64,000 bases of DNA from Monocercomonoides exilis PA203 (lineage: Eukaryota > Protista > Preaxostyla), in contig LSRY02000028.1 in assembly GCA_001643675.2 (NCBI GenBank), positions 806,001 through 870,000 on the forward strand. Reading direction: 5' to 3'. How positions within the stretch are numbered: the first letter of the stretch is position 1; every line of letters starts with the position of its first letter. The position numbers and the translations under genes were made by a program. Below, in pieces: positions 1 to 11,497 of this stretch. Below the pieces are notes generated by a model. That model did no database searches and was not told where the DNA came from. It worked only from the letters and a program-made list of their open reading frames with translations.

Positions 1-3000
1 GTTTTTCTCCTTTTCCAATGCTTCTGCTTTGCTCGTTGTCTCTTTGATTTTCTCTCTTAACTCTCCAGTTTTCTGTGTGAAATCTCGCACACTCATCTTC
101 AGCTCTTCTATTTCTTTCTCTTTCTCTTTCTCCTTCACCGCTCTTTCCTTCTCCCTCTTCTCTCTCTCCTCTTCTTCCTCTTCTGCTTTCCTCCTCCTTT
201 CCTCCTCTCTCTTCCTGTTCAGTTCGCCTTGCTCGATCCGCAGCCTCTGCTCCTTCGCCAAGTTCATCGAAATCCTCTCAAATATCTGCGAAGACTGCGC
301 ATCGACTGCACACACATCTGAAAAGAGACTCGAAAGAAGCAGAAGGAGAGGGAATGGGTCAAATACAGAGGAGAGGGAGGATATGAAGGAGGACAAGTGA
401 GAAGACAGTGGCACTGATGAAGAAGAGGATGAAGTGGAAGAAGAAGAAGAAGAAGAAGATGATGATGATGATGATGAAACATGAGGAGAAGATGATTTGA
501 ATGGAGAAGAAGAGAGAGACATTGTGTGATGTGGTGAAGCAGACAAAGATGTGCGTGAGTGAGAAGTGTATGTGATGGGAAGAGTCTGTTGGACAGTGGA
601 ATTGAAAGCAGAAAGAACAGAAGGTGATTGGTGAAGCAAATAAGGCGAAGAGAAAGAATAAGAAGAAGAAGAAGAAGAAGAAGAAGAGGATGAAGCAGAA
701 GGACTTCCACCAGAAACAAGATGAGAAGCAGAGCGCATCGAAAGATTGGCTGGCTGTTTTGGAGAAGGCTGAGCATTGCGAGTGGGTGTGAGGCTGCTGT
801 TTTGCATGTATCTGCTCCAACGCGAAGTCAAATGCTGCGCCTTCAGAGCAGACGGGAGGTTTGCTGCAAGCTGACTGCGAGAGAGAAGACTTCGGCTTGC
901 TTCGTCTTTTGCTCTTTCTCGCTCTCTTTCTTTGATTCTGAATGCCTCTTCCACTTCGTCCATTGCCTCCTTCACATTCACATCATCATTGAAATCATCA
1001 TCGTCGTCGTCTTCATCGTCTTCATCAATGTTCTCAAACAAGTCTTCACTCTCATCTTCCAAGTCATACACAAACGGCAGCGGCGTCAGCGTTGGGCTGA
1101 CCTTCGCTTCATACAAACTGTACTTGCCTTTCTCTTCTCTGTACCTTCCATCAAAATAGCTGTCCTTATCATCATATTCTTCCCCATTCTCTCCTTTTTG
1201 TCTTCTTTCTCTATCCATCTCCCTTTCTCTCATAAAGTCTCTTTCTCTTTGCAACCTTCTTCTTCCTCTCAGCTTCTCCGGAACAGCCAACGTTGCTGGC
1301 AGCATCGGTGCTGTCTCCTTGTTCGCCTCCTTCGCCTTCAGCCAGCGCTTCGTCTCTGCATTCAGCAGGAGAAGAGGATTTTGTGTGGTTTTGAAGGGGA
1401 TGAAGGGAGCAGAAGATCTGAGGGTGGAGTAAGTGGATGTGGCTGTGGCAGTTGCTATGGCTGGTGTGAATGTCGAAGAGAAAGGCAGATGAGATGTTTG
1501 TGGGGTGGACAGGATAGAAGAAGAAGTGTCTGCATTGCGAGTGGAAGAAGAGGGAGAGGCAGAAACAGAAGAAGAAGAAGAAGAAGAAGGTGAAGAAGAA
1601 GTTAAAGATGGATTGGAGTCGAAGTGAATGGTGGAAGGAAGAGGAAGCGGAGGAAGGATCGGAGGAAGAGGAGATGGCTGCACAATGTTTGAAGATAAAC
1701 CAAGCTGATCTGTCAGTCTATTTGGCATCTGCATACGAGCATTAGGAGTTGAAGCATAAGCAGCAGAAGCATCAGTAGCAGCAGAAGAAGAAGAAGAAGC
1801 AGAAGGTGATGCATACGCGGAAGCGAAAGAACCAGCAAATCCTGTTCTCATCCCTCTTCCATCACTTCCAATGCTTCCAGTTCCACCAGCCTTTGCCACC
1901 AGAGCCGCAGTGGCTGGTGTCAGTCCGCCGAGTTCTTCGCCCAGTGGAGACAGCACATTCCCTGCATGCACTGCCCCCAGCACGTAGCAGTCGTAGAAGC
2001 CCAGCGCCTCCTTCGCCATTTGCATCATGATGTTCCCATACTCCTCCTCATAGCTGTCGCACTGGAGAGATTTTAACACAAGCTCTTGCTTCAGCGCTGA
2101 GATGCGGGATTTCGCACGCCGCTTCAGACGCTTCAGGAACTGCGGGTGCTGCGAGGTGAAGATCTGCTTCTGAGTGTGGAAGATCTCCCGGTTCTTCTGC
2201 TTGATCTGGTCAGACAGTGTTCCAATTCTGAATTGTTGATAAAATTAAATAAATGGGGAGAAAAAATGATTAATTTAATGAAAAGAATAATAAAATGAAT
2301 AAATTCATATAAAAAATTGTTTTTATTCAAAAAAGTTGCTTCAATTAAAAAAAAATCAGAAAAAAACAATAACACACTTCATCTGCAATTCATCAATTGT
2401 ATCCTTCAACCGTTTGTTCTCCCTTTTCTCATCATTCACCTTCTCAATCATCAGCTTCTTCTCCCTCTCTCTTTCTCTTTCCTTGCTGCTCTCTTTGTCT
2501 TTAAACAACGCCATCTCCTTCTCCTTCTGCTTTGCAAAGTTGTTCGCTTCTTTCTGTGCATTTTCAATCAGCTTCTTCGCTTCTTCCTCTTTCGCTTCTT
2601 GTGCTCTGAGCATTCTTTCTCTCTCTCTTTCGTATTCTGCCTTCATCCTCTCCCTCTCTTTCCTCTCCTTCTCCACCACCATCTCCATCTCTTCCTTCAT
2701 ATTCTCCATTTGCGTGCTCCATTCCTCCTCCTTCAGCTTCATCTGCATCTTCCTCGTCTTCTCCTTCAACTCTTCAGCTTCTCTGTAGTTCCTCTCTCTC
2801 TCCTTCTCCTTCTCCTTCATCGCCATCTCCCTCTGCAGCTTCTCTTCTGCATTCTTCTTCCTCACCTCATTCAGCTTGTCCATTAATTCGTTAATCCTCT
2901 TCTCCCTCTCCATCAGCTCCCTCTCGAACTGCTGCTCAATCACACCCACTTCGCTCTTCAACGACGCACTCAGCTCTTTCTTCCTCTGCTCCTCCCTCCT

Positions 3001-5432
3001 CTCCAGCTCCTCCCTCATCGTCTCTATCACCCGGCTGGCTTCCTCTTCCTTCTCCTTCTCTTCCTCCTTCATCTGCTCAATCACCCTCTCCAGCTCACTC
3101 AGCCTCAGCTCGTATTCTTTCCTCCTCTCCTTCTCTTCCATCTCATACATCTTCCTCACTTCTTCCTCTTTGCTCTTCAGCTCGCTCTCTTTCCTTCGCC
3201 TCTCTTCAATCAGCTTCTCGTTCGTCTCAAACACTTCCCTTCTCCACACCTCTGCCTGATACACCATCGCATCGTTTGTCTCCTTCTCCTTCTCTTCTTC
3301 CCTCCGCTTCATCGTCTCCTTCAGCTTCTCCATCTCCTTCCGTATCTCCTTCGCTTCCTCTTCCTTTTCGGCTATCTTTTGCGAAAAGCTGTGCAGTTTC
3401 TCTTTGTCCTTCTCTCTTTCTCTCTCTTCTTCTCTCTTCTTCTCCTTCAGCTCTGCCACATCATTCATCAGAACCCTTCTCTTTTCCTTTTCTTCTTCGT
3501 TCTCCTTCTTCTTCTCCTTCAGCATCTTCTCCAGCTCTTCGATCCTTTCCTTCATGTTCTTTGCTTCTCTTTTGCTTTCTCTCTCTTTCCTCTCTCTCTT
3601 CTCTGCCTCTTCTCTTCTTTCTTCTTCTAAATCACTCAGCATTTTCTTCAATTCCGCCATCTTTTTCTTCCCACTTTCGATTTCTTCTTTGTGTTTCCTT
3701 TTGATTTTCTCGTATTCCTCCTCTTTCTCTCTCTCCATCTTCATCTTCTCCTCCTCCATCAACAATATCCTTTCGTTCATCTTGTCATCATTTGCTTCTT
3801 CATCCCCCATCTTTCTTCTTCCTTCTTCTTCCTTCTTCTTTATTCGCAGGTATATTTCTTTGAATTCTCCTTCTGTCGCCTTCAATTTCTCCTTCATCCT
3901 TTCCACTTCTTCTTCTTTCCCTTTCATTTCTGCCTCTTTTATCGATTTTTCACTCAATAAATTCCTCAATTGTTCGTTCAATGCATTCAATTGCCTATTC
4001 AAATGCTCTTCTTCCTCTTCCTCATCATCTTCATCATCACCTTCTTCTTCTTCTTCTTCCTCCACCTTCTTTTCTTCTTCCTTTGCTTCAGTTTCTGTCT
4101 CTCTTTTCATTTTTTCTGTGTCTTTTGTGTATTTCCCTTCGTTCTTCTCTGCTTCTTCACTTTTGTTGAGAAGCAATAAAATCGTTCTATTCATCTTCTT
4201 CATCTCGCTTTTTCTGCTTCTTCGCATTTCTTTTCGAAGTTTTGCTTTTTCTTCTTCCTCTTCTTCTTTCTTCAGAATCTTCAGCTGAAGTTCTTCTATT
4301 TCTTGTCGAAGTATTTTCGCTTCTTCTGCATTTTTACTTCTGTTGAGAGAAAAACAAAAATATTATTATGAAATAAATAAATTTGATTAAAAAGAATGAA
4401 AAGTCTATCTTTGAAGCTTTTTGCCAAACTTTTCATCATTTAATTGCTGCATATGGCTCATTTCTTCTCTGTCATAGGCTCCTTCCTTTGAATCTTGGAG
4501 CCTCTGCAGTTCATTGATCTTCATTTGAGCTTCATTATTTTTAGACTGTAAAGCTTGATACATTGCTGCCCATTCAGCTTCTTTTTCTGCTATTTCTTCG
4601 CTCAACCTTTCTTTTTGTCGCTTTTCCATTCTAAGTGCATCACTTGTTTGCAGAAGCTGCTTTTGAATATTGGTAAATTCTTTGTTCATTTGAGAAATTC
4701 TTTCTTCGTTTTTTACAGATAAAGGCTGAACAACTTTTAATTGCTCTTGTAATGTTTCAAGTTCAATCTTTAGTCTTACGTTTTGCTCCTTGAGATTTTC
4801 ATTATCTTCCATGCTTTCGTGAACAATTTCTTTCTGAATATTATTTTTTTTAAAAAAATTATATATATATTTTCAAAAAACATATAATTATCAAAAGTGC
4901 AAGATTTTATATGATCAGAATGTCAAACTTCTTTGATGCCTTGTTTTCGTTCCAGAAGAGCTTGCTTTAAACGATTGTTTTCTTCCATAATTGAATCAAC
5001 TCTTTTATTTGTGTTTATGAGTTCGATTCTGAGATCTGACTGAATTTGCTCTTCCCTTTTCATTTTTTGTCTATAAACCTCAGATTGCATTCTCTGTTCG
5101 TTTTGCGATTGTATTAAATCGGAAAGGTTCTTTTTAATATCTCTTTTATATTGGCGAATTTCCTCTTCATGTTTTCCAACAAGATCAGCAACATTTGACA
5201 TATGTTTTGCTTTTAACCGGTCAACCTCAGCTTCTGAACTCTTTTCTTGAACTTCTAATTGCGATTTTAACTCGCTAATAGAAGCTTTTAATTCTGCAAT
5301 CTCAGTCAATCTTTCCTGAAGTTCAGAAGTTGTTTGTTGAGAAATTCTACGTTGCTCGGCAAGTTCTGCTAGAATTTGAGCATATTGCAAATTTGTTTGA
5401 TTTGAAGATTGCCTTGATATGCTCAGAGACAT
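1..5432 (-). CDS. Large E/K-rich coiled-coil protein, at least 4 exons, 3' end beyond window
   Basis: Exons 5432-4929, 4833-4430, 4339-2378 and 2227-<1 are joined by phase-compatible GT-AG introns. They link ORFs 4923..5432, 4405..4812 and 2356..4227. The last exon starts IGTLSDQIKQKNRE and the same frame reads KAEALEKEKN at position 1; I did not check every codon between. Confidence 0.8.
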
Positions 5433-5929
5433 TTTGTATTTTTTCTTACCCTTTATTCAATTATTAACATTTTTGATTTCACCAAACAAGACAAAATTTG
5501 AGAGTGAAGATAATGAAAGAATAAGAAAAAAATATTCATCGTAAAAATAGTTAGTGCCTGATTGAAAATTCTATCTCCACTTTTTATTTATTTATTTTTT
5601 TTTTCTCCAAAAAACAATTGATGGATTGTGAAAAAAACGTGTAACTTCCAATAATTTGTGTTGAAAAAAAGTTTCGGTCATGAATTTGAAACAAACCTGG
5701 TTTTTATGAAATTATTCGATTCTTTATGTGAAAATAATTTTTCCATATTTTTTCTAAAAATACACGTATCTTTGAAAAATAATGATTAATTCAAAGCAAA
5801 ACGACTGGAAATGAAAACAATGAAGTGTGTTTTTTTAGTACTTTTAAAAAGAAACAAAATAACCTCAATTATTTCACTTGGTGAAAATTTTTTCAAATTT
5901 ACTTCTTTCTGTTTGATGGCACAACCAGT

Positions 5930-7150
5930 CTTCAAAAAATTCACATCACTCTTCTTCCTTCTTTTCTTATACCTCCACTTTCATCTCTTTTCTCGATACT
6001 TCTTCCGTTTCACAATCCCACACTTCATTCGATCGCTTTGAAAAATTCAGAAATGATATCAATTATTCAAATGTCATTCTTTCATTCTACGTTGGCTGCT
6101 TAATCCCCTCCAAAACAGCATCAACAGCACCTCCCTTCAACAGCTTATCAACTTTCACGAATCTTCTCTCTGCTGAATTTATCATTGGATAAGTGCACCA
6201 GTTACTAATTCCACTGCTATTATACTTAGCTGCTCGAACTACACAGGAATTCTACTTAAAATCTCAACAAATTCTTCATTTCTCAATCAACAACAGTGAA
6301 AATAAATCTCAAATGTTTGGATCCATCTCCTGATTATCATTGCTTCGTCAAGTTCTTTCACTTCATTTGTTTCTTTTCTTTTCCAATTCACGCACTTTGT
6401 CAGCTCTTCCAGTTCTGTTGTTGCCTCTCTCGCAAAATGCAGCTCATCCAAAATCACTTCTTCAAAACTATTGTCGTTGATTAGTCTGTTTATTGAAAAC
6501 TGCCAAGCGCATTGATAAGCCAGTTGTGTACGATTGTGATGTTCCTGATGATGTTTGATGATTTCTGTGATCTCAGACAAATACAGGTATTTTTCAAGAT
6601 CCTTGTGAGAAAATAAGAGAGAGAGAGAATCCAATCTCTTTAAAAATGAAACAGACTCATTCACACATATCCAACATTGCTCAGTGCCACCAAAGCCATT
6701 TCCACTTCTTTTTGAACTTCCTCGTTTTTCTCCCTCTTCAATCCAACTTTCAGAAGACAAGACACGCAAATCGATTTCAATTCATCTGAAATGATCGATA
6801 AATTCAGCAAAGCGAAGCATTCACAAAGCTCAATGAGTGACTTTTCATTCTTTTCTTCTTTTTTCTTTTCTTCATCAACAATCATCTTCTCAAATCTTTT
6901 GCCCAATGAAATAAATCCAAAACTTAAATTTCTTGTATGTTTCAATATTTGAAAACATTCAAAACGCTTCAAAATTTTGAGAACAACACCCACTGATATT
7001 TTCTGTTCATCAATCAATTTACCCAATTCACGAACTGCTCAATATGAAAATGGATCTGAGTTCTTCTTTTCCAATATTTTACTCAATCTATTCGCTTCGA
7101 GATTTTTGTTTCTATTATCTTTTTGTGTGGAGCTTGACTTCATAAAATAA
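5930..7150 (-). pseudogene. Frameshifted copy of a helical-repeat hypothetical protein family
   Basis: Overlapping fragments 6661..7026 and 6287..6769 (CLLKVGLKREKNEEVQKEVEMALVALSN; HHQEHHNRTQLAYQCAWQF) plus downstream LLKGGAVDAVLE lie in different frames with stops. The wording resembles a multicopy oxymonad family, from recall. Confidence 0.65.
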
Positions 7151-8088
7151 TTCTTAAATAGAAAACAAAGAAGAAAATCAATTAAAAAGGATTCAAATGC
7201 AATTATAATTACAGAACTGAACACTTTGTTTTTTCATTCATCTCCTGTTATTTTGAAGAAGAATTTGTAATATGAAATTTCAATTTCGAATTTTGAACAA
7301 AATGCTTCCATTCTTTGAAATGAAAATACAAATCAAACGAAATCTCTGAAAATAACTAATTTCCTTTGTGTGCAAACCGTGTATTTTTAATCCACCGGTA
7401 TTTGCGTTCCAACACAAATATTTCATGAAAAAATTACAAGTAACTTGATCATTTTCAGAAAAATAGCATTGGCTCAAACTGCAGGAATGATTTAATGAAG
7501 AAATTATTCACAGAAAAACATACAAAACAAGAATAATGTTTAGGATATTTAATTTTCTTCGTCACTATTGTATTTTGAATGAAATCAAAACTGAACAAAA
7601 TTTGCTCAAAAATGATGGATTTACAAAGAAGGAATATAGAACAACTATTATTCTTTGAAGTTGATCACTTCAATTAAAAAAGCTGCTTAAGAAAGATTAA
7701 AATTAAATAATTATCACAGATACAATATTTGAAATAATGGTGAAATGTCAATAAACTTATTCTTATAAATTCTCATTCTATAATTTTCCGTAGCATTACA
7801 ACATTCTCCCTTCAAAATTTTTATCATAAATTTAATACTTTCCTTCAGAACACAAATAGTGATGTATCATTCAAATTTTTCAATTTTGAATTCATCAAAT
7901 GTTCAACTTAAACATTTTTTTTTTAAAAATTTTTATAATAAAAAAATTTTTTAACTCTTTTATTTCAAAAAAATTTTCATCAATTTATTTTATTTTTTTT
8001 ATTATTGAAATAAATCAAAAAAATTAAAACCTATTCATGAAACGAAAAAATTACTCACCAAATGCTCAAAGACATTGGTATAAAACAT

Positions 8089-8934
8089 TTAGCACTGAAC
8101 CTCTGGGGCATAGGATTGGTTCTCAATTCCGCAGTGGTTTGATCCACGGAGAATCTTGAAGTGTCCTTTCTCTCCCCATGCTGGTCCCCATGAGTTCTGG
8201 CACAACCAGTATGGTGTGTTGTCCTCAACACCCCATCCAACGCACAAGACAGCGTGTCCACCAGCAATTCCACCGGTCTTGTGAACATAGACACCGCTCT
8301 TGTAGTTCATGAAGTCATAGTAGACTGTGAATGCAACTGAAATTGGACCATTTTCATAAAGCTCTTCCATCATTTGTTGGGCATTCAATTTCTTGTATGA
8401 AACAGACTTGTTTCTAACGATGGCTGATCCATTGACGCATTTTGCTGGGCAAGCTGGAACACGTCCGCTTCCTGATTGGTATGGCATGCATTTCTCGGTT
8501 GTGATACCGTGGCTCTTTGTCCATGCCCATGCGTGATCCATGTATCCTCCATTGCATCCCATATCGGTTGTGTCGCACGAAACGAGATCTTGTGGAGACA
8601 TATCTCCGAAGTCGCATCCTTTGATTGAGAGACGGTCACCCATGGTCTCAGCAACTGAGAAAGCCCAGCATGATCCGCATGAAGCTTGGTCACGGACTGG
8701 GAGGATCTTTCCTGGCCATTGTTCGCGGGAATCGAAGTTTTCTGGGAGGGCGTTGTCAAGGTCAAATGAAGTTTCCTCATATTTGGTAACATATGTTCCC
8801 AAGCGAGCGAGGAATTTTGCGCGGGTGATCACTGATGCTGGGTATTCAACAGCAACCCATGTTGATGATGGATCGTTGTTAACTGTTTCGACAATAGATT
8901 CAGCAAGAACTGATGCAAACAATAAGAAAAACAT
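8089..8934 (-). CDS. Cathepsin B-like cysteine protease (papain family C1A), intronless, with signal peptide
   Basis: MFFLLFASVLA signal peptide, short prodomain, LPENFDSREQWP, catalytic QASCGSCWAF, GCNGG, GGHAV and QNSWG motifs. The true start is the ATG at 8934, not the TTG in the ORF track. Confidence 0.96.
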   Translation of the reverse strand: MFFLLFASVLAESIVETVNNDPSSTWVAVEYPASVITRAKFLARLGTYVTKYEETSFDLDNALPENFDSREQWPGKILPVRDQASCGSCWAFSVAETMGDRLSIKGCDFGDMSPQDLVSCDTTDMGCNGGYMDHAWAWTKSHGITTEKCMPYQSGSGRVPACPAKCVNGSAIVRNKSVSYKKLNAQQMMEELYENGPISVAFTVYYDFMNYKSGVYVHKTGGIAGGHAVLCVGWGVEDNTPYWLCQNSWGPAWGEKGHFKILRGSNHCGIENQSYAPEVQC

Positions 8935-9878
8935 TTTCTTTGTATTTGATGTAACTAAAATATGATTTGTCACAAGCGGAATTTCACTATTGATCAAAAT
9001 AGTTTGTATTGTGGTTAAAATTTAAATGTTGAATATTAAAAATTCAACACTTAACAAATGGATTAATATGAACTGAAATTATATGGAATCTTTTGAATGT
9101 TGTTGTCATGCTATTAATCATTTTCGAAACATTGAAGAATAACTTTTTCCCGAGATTTTTTTTTTGATAAACTCTTTGAATCGATGAAAATACACTTATT
9201 GATCATAAGGTTATTATTTAAAATTAAATTTTTTAACATGTTTATCTCTTTTCTAATTCGCTTTAGCGAAAGTTTTTGATTAAATCATTTGTTTAATATG
9301 AAAAATCATCAACAAAAATCATTCTGAATAAATGAAAAATTTTACAAGTCATCATTGTGCTTAAAAACAATAAAAAAGGTTTTGAAAATGAGTGAAGAAA
9401 AACATTAATCTTGAGAATACAACTTCAGAAATATAAATTTCGAAAATTTGCTTTTATTCGATTTGGTAAAAAAGAAAAATAAAATAAAGATGATAAAAAT
9501 ACATTTTTTTTATTACTTACTTGTAAAACAATGAATGTTCACCACCACAATTAAGTTGATAAAGAAGAAAAGCAAAACCGAGTCTAAAGCTCAATAATTA
9601 GCAAAAAAAGTTGAAATCTTCAAGCCAAAGCTGGCTAAATATACTTGCAGATGCAATCAAAAAGCTGCCGGTTATGCAAACCAAACAGTTAATATGTTAA
9701 AAATTTTTTTGAGTGAATAAGAAAAGCTTAATCCCTTTTCGTTGATACTCAACAACAAAATAAATAGACATTTTTTATTCGTTTTTTTTTTTAATTAATT
9801 ATTAATTTCTATACTTATTCATAACATATGCAGATAACCACACATTATCATTCTCTTTTTTTTTCCTCCTCAAAAAGT

Positions 9879-11415
9879 CTAATGCTTTTTCCCCTTCTTT
9901 TTGCCTTGTTGTTTTGGTGTGGCTGCTTGTTGTGCATGTTTTGCTTTGGGTTTTGCTCCTCGGACATTTGCTTCCTTCTTTTCTTCTTCATGTTCTTCTT
10001 TCACTGTATTTTCTTCTTCTTCTTCTTCTTTCTCCTCTTTCTCCTCTTTCTCCTTTGCTTTTTCTTCTTCCAGCTGACGTTCATTTTCATACTTCATCCT
10101 TTTGGCTTCTTCCTCTTCTTCTTTGCGTTTTCTCATTTCTTCTTTCTCTTTCTCTTCTTTCATCCTTTTTTCTTCCTCTGCTTGTCTCTTCTTTTCTGCT
10201 TCTTTCTCCTTCTCTTCTGCTTTTTCCTTTCTCTCTCTTTCTGCTTCCTCTTCTTTCCTCTTCCTCTCTTCTTCCATTCTCTTCCTCTCTTCTTCTTTTC
10301 TCAATCGTTCTTCTTCCTCTCTCTTCTTCCTCTCCTCTTCCTCCAATCTCTTCTTCTCTTCTTCTCTCTTCTTCCTCTCTTCCTCTAATCTCTTCCTCTC
10401 TTCCTCTCTTTTCTTTTCTTCTTCTCTTCTTCTCTCTTCTTCTCTCTTCTCCTTCTCTTCCTCCAATCTCTTCTTCCTCTCTTCCTCTAATCTCTTCCTC
10501 TCTTCCTCTCTTCTCTTCCTTTCCTCCTCTTCTCTCTTCTCCTCTTCAATTGCTCTCTTCCTCAACTCTTCTTCCTTCTCTCTCAATTCTTCTTTACACC
10601 TCCTTTCTTCTTCTTCCTCCCTTCTTATTTCTTCTTCTCGTCTTTTGTTTTCCTCCTCTTCCAATCTTCTCTTTTCTTCAATTGCTTTCTTTTTCGCTTC
10701 CTCTTCCTTTGATTTATCTTTAGAAATATAATTATTAATTTTCAAATTGTTAGCAACTGTCGCACAAACCTTCTTCAACGTCAAACTTCCAGCCATCTCC
10801 AGAACCATAATTCAATGCTCCTGCATCTAATGAGAATGTTCGCATCCACTATTCCCAAAAAATTAGTTAATTTTTCAATAAACTTTTTCCAAAAAATTTT
10901 TATATAAATCATTTTCAAACATTCCAATTACAATAAATGTTGAGTACGCCATTCTTTGAAAATGAAGGATCTATCCACAATGACCTGTTTGAGCCATCCT
11001 CCCACCACTACAAATTTTAAGATTAAATTTGAAATAAAGTCAGAAATAAGCAAATTACAATAACAATGTCATACTATGCCTTCGGTGAACGCAACAAATT
11101 TATATTCGATTCCAACTCCTTTTGGAAGTGTAATTGCAAAATAATCATTTGATCGAAAACTGTTTGATCCATTCAGCGCTTGCTTTGCTTCAGAAGGATT
11201 CCTTCAGGAAAAATAAATTTTGAGATTTATTCATTAAATAATATTCTTAAAATCTTAAAAATAGATACCAATTCCACAGCGAGTCAACACTTCCAGTTAT
11301 AATAATATCTTTTGTTGGGGCTCCTTGAAGGTAAAAATGTACTAAATCATGAATATCATTAAAATACTTTTAAATGAAGAAAATAACCAACAATAATACC
11401 GTTAATGTTGTTCAT
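9879..11415 (-). CDS. CBM20 (starch/glycogen-binding) domain fused to a long E/R/K-rich helix; 6 exons, 410 aa
   Basis: Exons 11415-11388, 11341-11269, 11201-11075, 11007-10921, 10848-10770 and 10717-9879 are all GT-AG and in phase. The spliced N-terminus reads ...IIITGSVDSLWNWNPSEA...ITLPKGVGIEYKFV...WWEDGSNRSL...YCNW, matching the CBM20 consensus. Confidence 0.85.
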
Positions 11416-11497
11416 TTTGAATCCTTAGCTGAATGAAATGCAAATGTAATACTCGATCAAAACCAAGAGTTAGAAAATATTAAGTATAATTAAATAA
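11416..11497. promoter_or_regulatory. Putative bidirectional promoter, 82 bp between divergent ATGs
   Basis: Inferred start codons at 11415 (-) and 11498 (+). Confidence 0.55.

Noticed and set aside
29-4288. Many plus-strand S/F/L-rich ORFs, and similar shadow ORFs throughout the window
   Set aside because: They are antisense or off-frame shadows of GAA/TCT-rich coding sequence, which lacks stops in other frames; no domain motifs.
9530-9700. Short coding-looking stretch (LQAKAG...MQSKAAGYANQ)
   Set aside because: Multiple stops, no splice model and too short to assign.
11075-11080. Apparent GC donor (GAAG|GCATAG) in the CBM20 gene
   Set aside because: The canonical GTATGA donor 5 nt later gives the correct phase.
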